Of a DNA stretch of 64,000 nucleotides, positions 53,050-64,000 are shown one piece after another. The position numbers and the translations under genes were made by a program. The first letter of the stretch is position 1. Each line of letters begins with the position of its first letter. Source of the DNA: Eledone cirrhosa (lineage: Eukaryota). The stretch spans positions 177,816,001 to 177,880,000 of the forward strand of contig OZ024742.1 in NCBI GenBank assembly GCA_964016885.1, given 5' to 3'. The notes under the pieces are model-generated. The model searched no databases. It was not told the origin of the DNA and saw nothing but the letters and a program-made list of their open reading frames with translations.

Positions 53050-53660
53050 ATGCTTTTCCTCAGAGGATGATGAGGGAAATGCGCTGGAAGAGACATTTCA
53101 GCTTGTGAGGCTCACATCTGCAACTAGCCAACTACGTGCCGATGGTAGTGAGTACGGTGGTCGCCCTAGAGCCAAGGACAGCAAAATTGCTCAACGCAAA
53201 CTTGTCGGAGAGCGACCGATATTTGAAAAGTTTGCCATCCTCGACATGAAGCGCAGCAGAGCCTGGGTTAATCGCAGACTGTACCAGGTTGATGTTGGAG
53301 AAAGTGTTGCTGCATGCGGCACCCCAATGAGGGGTTCACCACCGTGGAACCGGAAGATGGTCATACCATCTGTTCCTTTGCGGTCCCCTCAGTCCATCCC
53401 CACCAGGCGAGTTGGTAGGGGAAGCCTGCAGTATCCAAGACATGTTTTATGATCTCGTTGTGAGCAGCATGGCGTGGAAAGCGGTCGATGGCCTAAAGTG
53501 TCTACTGTGGATGCGCAGCGACATTTGTGTGGCTCATAGATCCGGGGGCCGAGCCTCAGGGAAAGCCCGATTCGCAGGGTATCTTTATCCAGCTAAGTGC
53601 CTGTCGAAAAGGAGGGTAAGGCATTGAGCCAGGCACCGCTGTGGGGTTCCTATTTCTCTA
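53050..53660 (-). pseudogene. Decayed C-terminal RLE region of a CRE-clade non-LTR retrotransposon
   Basis: Minus frames SGAWLNALPS..DKDTLRIGLSLRLG..EPHKCRC..DGMTIFRFHGG..AACSNTFS..SAINPGSAA..KLFKYRSL. Confidence 0.75.
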
Positions 53661-54577
53661 CACTTTCACAACTCGTACCACTAAGACTTTCGGTCCTAAA
53701 ATTGCTGTTTTCCTCCAGCAAAAAAGGACGAGGACATCACGTATGATGAATGAACCCTCTGAGGCTGATACACTGGGTATCACCGGCTGTTCACAGCGGT
53801 AACATGTCTGGCATCTTGTCCATGGGATGCAACTGAGATTTGCCAACCATCCTTTTTTTCCCTTTTACATTTTTTCTTTGTTTCATTATGATAATTTTAA
53901 CAAACTTGTTGATCTAAGGAGCACTTGAAAAATTAAACAATTTAAATATATGCATCGGTATCATAGACAGATTTTAAATAAAAGCTAGAAAAAAGTTTCT
54001 TATAATATCAATCTAATCTATGCTTTCTGTAGCAATCATATAACTGAATAATTCTATGATACCTCTATATCTTACAATATTATTTTTTAGATGCCCGGAA
54101 CATTCACTTGCTTTTCTTCAGATTATATTACACGGTATTCTAAATTTATAATATATTTTAATTAACTTTTGTTCAATTAAAAGTGCAATGAGATTAATTA
54201 TAATAGTCACTTCTTAAGTACACTCTACATTCAACATAAAAATTTCAGAAACCGCGTGTCTGACTATACTTTGATTCCCCAAAGTCGGAGATATTTTAAT
54301 TATTCTTACAAAATCTCATTTCCTCATTGCCAAAGCCTTAGGCCTTGTCGCTCTCAATAGGAAATTACATTTTGAATATATGTATGTGTGTATCTGGACT
54401 ATCAACTTATGTATCAGACAGTTTGTTTCCTCCTGCATATATTGTAGCTTCAGTTAAGATACTTCATTCGATATCGCTTCAATGTCCATAGCTCTGGGGA
54501 ACAATGTACGATTGGTTTGTGAGGAGCGTTACCTGCAAGCGACTAGCTTCCTCAACTGGTAATTTAGAGATAACATT

Positions 54578-54885
54578 ATTTTTTTATTTAAGCACAAGGC
54601 TAGAAAATCTGGGTGAAGGGCAAGTTGATTAAATCAACCCCAATATATTATGGCAATTTATTTTATCGAACTCGGATGGATGAAAAGAAAGTATGAGCTT
54701 GTATTTGAACTCAGAGTGAAGCGTCAGAACAAATTGTACAATCGGTGGACTGGCAGTATCGGTAGAGGGTCGGACACCATGGTTTGCAGCAAAGAGTTAT
54801 TCTCCTTACGGGGTCGATAAAATAAAGTACCAGTAATACACTGGGATAATTAATGGCCTTGTGCCAAAAAGTATAAACAATTATT
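54578..54885. mobile_element. Old minus-strand SINE plus an internally deleted plus-strand SINE
   Basis: gcacaaggctag..ttttatcgaa..tttgaactcag; ggtggactggcagtatcggtagagggtcggac..ggggtcgataaaataaagtaccag. Confidence 0.7.
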
Positions 54886-55338
54886 TTATCAAATGCTCTA
54901 TCAACTCCATCAATCTACTGCCCATTGATTTAGAGAACATCTTGGAATATATATACTGTGTTAAGCTTTCTATCTATTTTATTGCAATTATTTCATGGTC
55001 CCCGTGGACAGAATCAGAAATGCATTTTCCCAAAAGCTAGCCAGATAGATACTGTTAAAAATCCAGTTCAACTTGCGAAATGTTTTCTAGTAGATATAAG
55101 TCTCCATCTAGAATATAGTAATTAAGGAGGGTGGTGTTCAGGAAGCCAGGTCACTAGCTGTTTTCACAGCTACAGGTTCGTAATGCGGCTGCTACTAGAT
55201 CAGATTGCGAACTTCAGCCTATCTAGCAACGGAGTTTCAATCTCATGCTATTTTTTCGTTATATATTGATTGCTAGGTACTTCTATTCAAACATTAGTTA
55301 TTCATATTTATACGTGGGCGCGCGCACACACACACACA

Positions 55339-55420
<82 letters not shown>

Positions 55421-55421
<1 letters not shown>

Positions 55422-55710
55422 GATATTAATAAATGGAAACTATATTTATAAAACCATATTTATTTCATTATACATATTTCAGGGATACCAAATTAAATTA
55501 TGGTATGCCTTCATCAGACAAAATACAATATATAACAGTTTTACAAATAAGCTTTGACGTACCCTATTAAAATGCAACCATTATTTTTGGAAGCCATCCG
55601 GATAGTTAATTAATATCGTATATCTACTCCAAATACTTGTCGAGTGCTTTATATCAGTTATAAAAATATTTACTTGTTGTATCCCAACAATTTTAAATAG
55701 AACTTTTGCA
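55421..55710. mobile_element. Second copy of the 22621-23060 family in (TA)n, with an intact hammerhead at 55461-55525 (minus)
   Basis: 55421-55605 matches 22711-22896; 55610-55710 matches the reverse complement of 22620-22720. Confidence 0.85.
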
Positions 55711-56004
55711 TATATATATATATATATATATATAAACTTATAAGTCTTATATATATGTATGCATGGATAACCTGCATATGGCTATGTATATGTGGCTCTC
55801 TGTTTACTCGTACATATGAATGAAGTATATAAAATTATGTGTGTCTGCGTGTGTCTGCGTGTGTGTGGGTGTGTTTTCATCTGTTACAAGGCTGACCATT
55901 GAAGAGTAGAGATACTCAGTCTCGCAACTTTTTAACTCTTCATTAAATTTCACTAATTAAAAATTGTTTCTCGAAGGATAAATGGAACATTATTACAGTT
56001 GTCG

Positions 56005-56344
56005 AGGGCGGTGGATTGGCAGAGTCCTTTGTGCTTCTGATGAAATGCATTGCAGTATTTTGTCACAGGTCTCTATGTTCTAATTTCAAATCATACTTAA
56101 TTAAGTTTGACTTTCATCCTTCTGGTGTCAATGAAATAATTGTTTCTACTTTTGGCACAATGCCAGCAATTACCCAATGCATTACTGGTACTTTATTTTA
56201 TCGACCTCGTAAGGATGAAAGGCAAAGTTAACATTGGCGGGATTTGAACTCAGAATGGAAAGGGCCGTAACTCTATACGTCAAAGCATGGCGTCCGACCC
56301 TCTACCAATACTGCCAATCCACCGCCCTGTGTCAATCAAATAAT
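56005..56344. mobile_element. Young SINE (56136-56327, minus) nested in an old SINE with a 15-bp TSD
   Basis: TSD tgtcaat(g/c)aaataat at 56126 and 56330. Confidence 0.8.
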
Positions 56345-57110
56345 GTAATATTAAGGTACTCGGGCCGATATCACCGACTTTCTCCTGTCCAATAAAGATT
56401 TGTTGGTCATATGCTTAAACTAGAAACTGTTATTACGACAGTCATATTAAAGATGAGAGGTTAGCAAGTATAGATTTTCAATTTGTTGACATTTAACATT
56501 AGCTTCATATATTATTATTATTTATTTATTTATCTATTATTGTTAAAAATGTTATGTGGTTTTGCTATCTTCTTTGACTCAGAGAAACTATACCAGACCT
56601 TCAATTGCTGCCCTTAACCCAGAATGTTTGAGCCATTCCTAGCTTTCATATTATCTCCTGTCTTCACTAACCATTATTGTAGGTTACTGACTATGAAGAT
56701 ATATTTTTGTTTTGTTTGTTTTATCCATGTTTTTTTTTAGTATATTTTGAAGATTTCCTTTGATGTTATTTGTGATATCTTTCTATTTTTAACATTTTTC
56801 AATTGTTTTCTCCTTATCTAAACATTTTTCATAGGTTTAATTATCTTCTAGTTTATATTTTATTGTTTCCTTGCAAATAGGGTAAAGCTCACGTAAGATA
56901 CTGGGTTTGATTGATCTAATCGACTGCACCCTCCCTTAGTCACTGTGGCATTGTGCCAATCTTAGAAATTATTATTATGTATTTATATAATCACGTTGTA
57001 AGAAATTTGGAATTGTTTTCGTGTGTACCATGATTTAAGCAATAGGATATATTAATTCTCTCCCTGCTTTTATTTAAGTGCTATTTAGTAGCTTCTAACC
57101 AATTGTTACT

Positions 57111-57241
57111 AGGCGGCGAAATGGTAGAGTCGTTAGAACGTCGGATAGAGTCCTTTGCGTAGTCTCTGAGTTCAAATCCCAGCGAGGTCAACTTTGCTTT
57201 TCGTTGTTGATGAAAAAGTAACTCTAGTAGTGGGGTCGATT
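57111..57241 (+). mobile_element. Old Nin-domain SINE
   Basis: ggcggcgaaatggtagagtcgttag..gagttcaaatcccagcgaggtcaactttgc. Confidence 0.7.
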
Positions 57242-59801
57242 CTTCTTTTATATTTCCTTCACACTTCCCCTTTCTCACTTTTTCTATCCATCTCTAGAAG
57301 AAATCTGCTGTAATCAGGACTGGAGAAGGATGGACTCTGTCAGCCTTAAAATGCACAAGAAACGCCGTATTCCTGCGCTGTTCCTACGATTTCATCAGGG
57401 GCTATGGAACTATACCCTACTTACCAATAAACTATTATTGTGTATAACGATTGTCAAAGGCGTTCCAGTCGTTACAATTCTTTCCCTTTTCAGACACAGT
57501 ATCTCTAAATTTTTCAGTATAGCTTTTGTTCTTTTAAATCTAAATTTAAGTTGAAGGGACATTTGGCTGCTTTTCCTTGCATGCCAAGTGATTACATTAA
57601 GGCTCGCCTCATTTCTATTCAACGTAGTTAGACTATACAAGATTTTTGTCGTTGACAGTCATTAGAGTTACGCCATTTGCTCCAGTGCAGTGTCCCTATT
57701 TCACGTCTTGCCTATCTCGACTTTTCGTTTTATGTTTTCCAGATCGCTACATAAAAATGTATCAGTAAGTTACTCTAGTGTTCACATTATGCATGCTCCA
57801 CTAGGGCAAGATTAGGAATACAAGAGAGGATCTAAGTTTGTTCGCTACTACCTAGCCACACTCAAAGACATGGTACGTGTCACGAAGACATCCTCGATTG
57901 TAAGTAACGATCATAATCTGCAGTTAGAGTTCATACAGCTACACAATTTCCTAAATTTATAGAAAATCATCCGTTGAGGTTAGGTGGGAAATATTTTTCT
58001 TTTCCTTGGATTTTCCGTGTGTTCAACGAATTCACCTCCAATTAACTCGCAAACGAATTTGTTTCCGAAATGGAATGCGGAGAGGGGGGCGCAGGGTTTT
58101 TCTCAAACCTCGGAGTTATTTTTGTTGGGAGGGGGGGGGGGGAGGTCAACATATCTGACCACCGACTCACTCGCAAAAGACTCTTTTTTTTTCCCGAAAA
58201 TTAAGGTGGGGATCCTTTGCAGTTACAAATAAGCACCCCTCTGCCGTTCGATAAGACTTTTGTTTTCTAGGTTTTCTCGTGTGCACTAGTGTGGTTGCAG
58301 CAACAACAACAAAAAATCCTACATGCACGTGTTTTTAAAATTGCGAAAGTGTAATTTTAATTATTATAAACATCTCCGAAATGTTCATAGTGATAACCCA
58401 AAAAGCATTGACTATTCGAGTTCGCAAGGTGTAACATAAACTGTCCATATTGCAATACCGGATGTGTGTATCGGATAAAATCAAAATTCATGATGGTTTA
58501 GAAAAGGTTATGTTGTCTCTTAATCGACAAACTATGCTTTGTAACTTTTGTATGCTATTGTAACTAATGCTGTATTCGATTTAAAAGCTTCCTTCAACAT
58601 ATTACCCTATGAAAAATTATTTTCCTCCACCATTTTATAGTACTTCCGACACTTCTCCGTATTCTAAAAAAAGAGGAGTCGATTCCTATTGAGTTAAAGG
58701 TCAGATTCGTTAAAAACACGAAAAAGACCAGTGGGTACTTTTCTGTAAATTTACTTTATTCTCTTTGCAACAATATGCTAAATGCTTTGAAATTTAGAGG
58801 TGTCAATATCTTATATCTTGGGTTTTCATTTCATATCTTAAAATGAAAGAAAGAGGGGAGAAGAATGAAGCACTTGATAAAGAAGAAAGGGAAATAGTTG
58901 AGTATAATGAAAATCTCCAAGTCTTAGGGACATACAAACAAACAATCAAAAACTAAATTTACTCCATGAATTTGTACTAAGGTTTTGAAACGGGACAAAC
59001 ATGTGTAAGAAATGTAATTTTCATGAGAAAATAGACGCCATATCGAAACAAGATTCTATGGTGGGTTAACTGATAAATGCCACAGTCCTGTAACACTAAG
59101 CTGCATATCTGAACGGTAGAAAAATATAATTTAGATGGAGAATAGCCAACATACATCTGATTTGCATCGCAGATGCGAGTGTCCAAAATTAAAGGGACGT
59201 AGAGGAAGCAATGAGATAACAGAGTAAATATAATTTGACGACTTTCCAGCAAGGTCTTGATGTAAGAGAGGGCAAGCATTGTATAACCATTCAGACATTT
59301 GAAATACACAATTAGCACAATCTCATGCAGTGCTGTAAAATGATACAATCTTGCTTATCAATTCTCTGAGGACTACATCAAACTGAAATTAAAGATTTCA
59401 GCTGTGTCAGAACATTTCCTGCCAAAATAGAGAACCTTTCAGGAATGTTATTGCATCAAATGAGAAATTAAAGCAGAAAATATAGGGAAACGATAGCAAG
59501 AAATCAGAAAACAAATAGTTGGAGAAAGAGGTAGGGGAAGAAAAGAGGAAAGAAAAGGAAAGAAAAGTTGACAGTAAAATAGTTATATAATCACAGAAAG
59601 AAGTAAGATTCAAACAAATTTAGAAAGGGAATGAGAATAGAGAACGAGAGAGTGAAAGAGTAAATTAGAGTAAGGGGACACAAAAATAATGGAGTAAGGT
59701 GAGAGTAAAAAAAAAGTCAAAAGAGATTGATCATAAAGCAAGTGGAATATATATATATATATATATATCTCACATATATGTATGTAGTATGTGTATGTAT
59801 G

Positions 59802-59862
<61 letters not shown>

Positions 59863-59973
59863 GTATGTTTCTGAATGAAACCGGTCTAGTCTTGTAGAAA
59901 TCAATGGTAAATAATATATATATATATATATATTCTTACACGCACACAAACATGCACCCCCCACACACACAGT

Positions 59974-60040
<67 letters not shown>

Positions 60041-60690
60041 CAGAAAATGAATAGGGCGTATATATAAAAGATAATGAAGAAGACGGAGTACAAGATAAAT
60101 TAGTCAATTTCAGAATGTAATTAAAAATTTGCTCACCAACAAATTTTCATCGTTAAACTTATAAATCTACATCCAACCCAAATCCGCGCATTTACATTGA
60201 AATACGTTTAAGATGGAATTATTGTGAACGATTTCCTTCCAGAATGTTCCATTGGGAGACCATTACAAAATTGCTTTTGGAGTAAGAAAATATAGGACGA
60301 TTGTCTACGAGTATTTAACTTTCACCTGGAACTTACTTCTCTGGGAACTTTTAAAATGTCCGACATGCTGCTAATAAATCTGTATCTCCTCTCAACATAT
60401 ATATAACAGCGGTCTTTTGGATGCCTATTTTTGTTTTATAACGAATGTTACCGGAGCACATATGTTTAGGCGCAAGCATTATTTTGTTCGTTTAGATGTT
60501 TGCCTCACAACCACTTGGTTCCACTGAGGATTTTTTTCCACAATTGACTAATGCTTTATGAATGAATTGTGTTTGTGCACCATATATATATATATTATAA
60601 ATATAAGCTATCGCCGTATTTTGATTAAAGAAATTATTTAACCTGATAGTGGGGTTAAGAACCCTCGGAGAAATGGAAAAAGATGAGTAT

Positions 60691-60761
60691 TGACGTACAT
60701 GGCAGTCGAACCCACATCTTTGGTTATCCAGACCACTGTGCTACCATTACACCAACACATC
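60691..60761 (-). pseudogene. Degenerate tRNA-like sequence (tRNA pseudogene or SINE head)
   Basis: gatgtgt-tggtgtaatggt..gtgggttcgactgccat-gtacgtca: A/B boxes and acceptor-like pairing, but an imperfect anticodon arm. Confidence 0.5.
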
Positions 60762-63700
60762 ACCCGTCTTCTTCCATTCAAATTAGTAGCTATTAATTTT
60801 AGTAACTGTATATGTCAAGTAAGAATATTTTCGAAACAGCGAGCGAGTTTGAATTATAAATATAAGCTATCGATGTGTAAGCACGTGTGTGTGTGTTTGT
60901 GTTTGTGTGTGCGTGCGTGTGTATGTGTGTTTGTGTGCGTGTAGAGAGAGAGAGAAATAGGAGGAGGGACATTTATATATATACTACGGGTTTCGACAGT
61001 TTCCAGTTATCGAATGTTACTCACAAGGATATAATATACGACACTTGCTCAAAGTAGCCGTATACTCGTGGATGCAGGAAATCAAACTCTTTAACCACAC
61101 AGTCAACCTTGAACCGATGTCTTTATTTGTTCCTTCGTTCTTATATTTTTATAAAATTTTCATTGAAGGTCTTTACTTTTTTCACATTCGATTGGATTCC
61201 TTCCATCTCTTCTGCCTTTTTACTGCGATCCGTGCACTGTAAACACCACCAAATATTCCAATTATGGTGCAATTCTGTATTTAGATTTACACAAAACAAA
61301 AATAATAAATATAGTAGTTTATAAACATATTCCCTGAAAACGGACAACATATTAAATAACTTAAAGGAAAATAATTAGTTAAAAGCAAAGGGACCAAATA
61401 AGAGAATTATGTTGAATTTTTAAATAAAAGACCGAAAATAAAGATAAAATAAAGCTACATAAATTAAAAGGAATATGAGAAAAAGAATGATAAGGAAGAT
61501 GTGAATAATTGAAACAGTAAAAAGAATCATAACGTGGGGAAAATTCATTTTCATTTAGTGTGAAATTTTCATGTAGTTTCCATACAGTTAAGTACAGCAC
61601 TTTGGATCAGTTTCTATTATTTTTAAAACCATTATCACGTCTTAGACCAAACATTAGATTTAATATATGGATCTCCTTACCGAACACCATATGGTGATCC
61701 CCCCCCCCTAGTTTTCATCTAAACCGAATAAAGTTTTGTTGAGAGTGGGCAACGCTAGTGTCAAGGAATCTTATTCATTTTTTTGTTTTGTCTTGTTTTT
61801 TGGATTTTCTACTTACACAATAACCTGGAACATGAGTCATACGGCTTCCCAGATATGAATTGAAAGAAATTGGCCTCTGTCGGTTTCGCCGATGAGTGTG
61901 CTAGTTGATGAAATTAACAGGTAAGTAACTGAACATTCCACGAAAACGTGTATGCTTGTCGTTTCTGACTCATTGCGCTTTGAGTTTAAATCTCGCCGAT
62001 AGTAACTTTGTATTTCACCTTTTTGGGTTGATAAATTAAAATACCAGTCCAGTGGAGTAGATTGATGGAATTGTTAAAGTGTCAGATGAGATATTTTCGG
62101 TTTCTGATTCGGTGTGTGCATTATGAATTCAAATCCCGTTTCTTTTTTAGAGAGTTGCGATTCGCAAACAGGATCAGCAATGGAAAGATGTATGGAAACA
62201 TTGTTTCCTTTTCATATCTGATGATTGGCTCCTGTGCTTTAGGCTCCAAATAGGTCAATGGTTTTAGTAAATATATTGTAATATATGAGCTATTGTGTCT
62301 CTTATGTTGTAGTTTATCTCTGTCGAAGCCATACGAGCTAGCACATAAAATCAATACTTTTTGAAAATATGTCGGTTCATGCAGTAAAATCTCCATATAT
62401 CTTCTGTGTATTCTGTGAAAATTAATGTGACGAATAAAACAGAATTAGATTATTTGGAACATATTAGTAAAATGATTCCTACTAAAGACTATGGCACATG
62501 GACCAGTTGTCGTTTAGCAACTGATAAACGAACTCAGTTCTTAAAAAAGAACAACTCGAGGGAAATTACCGTTTTCAGGATAAGATCATTCCAGAATTTA
62601 TTTGACAATTGTTTGTATTATTTTTTGTAAATGCATTTAATTATCTATTCGTTCATAGCTTTTCTTAGTTATTTAAATTTTTATTTAAAATTGCCAAGAA
62701 AATTTTGAACATGTTTCTGAAATCTAAAAGGAATTGTTTGTTTGTTTGTTTAGTTATTGTTTCGTTGTTTATTTTATTTTCAATTGTTGTTGTTTTTGTT
62801 TTTTTAACTATTTCGTTTAAAAATTGGAATATAAAACATGTGATGTTTCATAATCAATATTTTGAATAAAAGAATGAGAAAACAATTTTTTTAATGACAC
62901 AAACAAAACATAAATATAGTCAATAAATAACTAGTTAAAATTCATAGCATGTCTTTTAGAAAAAGAACAAGGTGAATGGAAGAAACAATATAATTCAAAA
63001 GTTAATTCCTGAAATTAAACAATAATTCCTCTAGCTGGTAACTTTAACCAAACCTGTTTCTGCCTGTTTTAACTCTCTTTTAGCTTTTCTGAATAAATTC
63101 ACACAAATTTTTCAGCATGTTACACCTCTGTCATATCCTGTTAAGATATTTATGATTTTTATGTTGCTTTTCACTTCACTATTTCTAATTAAATCCTATA
63201 TTTGCGTTGCCAATAAATTTCCCGAATTCACTCATTTTTCATTCTTGTTTCTTTTGTTACGTTTCATTCTATTTTATTTTTCGAATGTTAGTTTATTCTA
63301 ATAGAAATTCATGACACATTGTACTCTGTCCACTGCACAACTAATGCACCATTGATGAAGTTGAACAGTCTACGTTTCTGTACTATTATTTTATAAAGAC
63401 GAGTGAGTTCTTGAAATAAGGTCATTATAACAGCGGAAATTTGAGACACTGTCAAATAAACTGCAATACAACATGTAGTTTTATCCTTTGATGTTGTGAG
63501 TTCAAATATGTCTGCAGTTGACATTAAATGTTTGTCCGTCAGTGGTTGAAACAATATATACCAGAGGTTTCTTAGATTAATATAATCAGCTATATTCTAA
63601 CTCGTAACTTTCCTTAATCCAAACATATTTAGTTATTTTAAATTAAGCAAACTTACAAGGGGGGGGGGGGTGCATTTATATAGTCTCAAAACATGCTAGA

Positions 63701-64000
63701 AATCACAGATAAGATTCTCTCAAATCAAGGCCTTATTGGATAATGTTGTCCTTGATACACTCACTGTATTTAAAGAACATAAAGTGGTTCCGGCTGAAAA
63801 CTCCATGACCATATGTATGTTTAGACCATGGTTGAACGATGGCTAAACAACAATAACAATATGAACAACAACTACAAATAATCATTGTGTATTTGTGACA
63901 CAGTTATGTAATGAAATAAAGCCAACACGAGGATTTATCAGGTTTGTGTGATGGGTAAACAACTATAGCAATACCAACAAAAACTGCAAATTATGTATTT

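Noticed and set aside
57300-64000. Possible host exons (e.g. ORF 58977-59348)
   Set aside because: No recognisable domain or coherent splice structure; the region contains only very decayed LINE and SINE traces.

Overview
Eukaryotic, AT-rich, microsatellite-dense DNA with no recognisable host gene. The repeat content (tRNA-derived SINEs with a Nin-type 'ctttcatcc...ggggtcgataaaataaagtaccag' core, very long TA/CA tracts) suggests a cephalopod, probably an octopus; this is an inference. The window is almost entirely retroelements. It holds two R4/Dong-clade RLE LINEs sitting in (TAA)n and (TACA)n, a full-length and a truncated Tx1-clade LINE both in (GATA)n, two large Penelope-like elements (PLEs) with inverted pseudo-LTRs in (TA)n, RTE and CRE remnants, many SINEs, a Helitron and a pogo-type MITE. 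Four observations stand out. (1) A Neptune-type PLE has an intact extra upstream ORF joined to RT-GIY-YIG by a correctly phased U_UUU_UUA -1 slippery site, a gag-pol-like arrangement. (2) More than 15 type I hammerhead ribozyme motifs are present; six sequence-unrelated families share an extended stem II (up to ~105 nt) with a C·C mismatch at the 4th pair. (3) Each retroelement family occupies a different microsatellite. (4) A 16-copy 72-bp array has arisen from a SINE tail. All RNA folds and alignments were done by eye.
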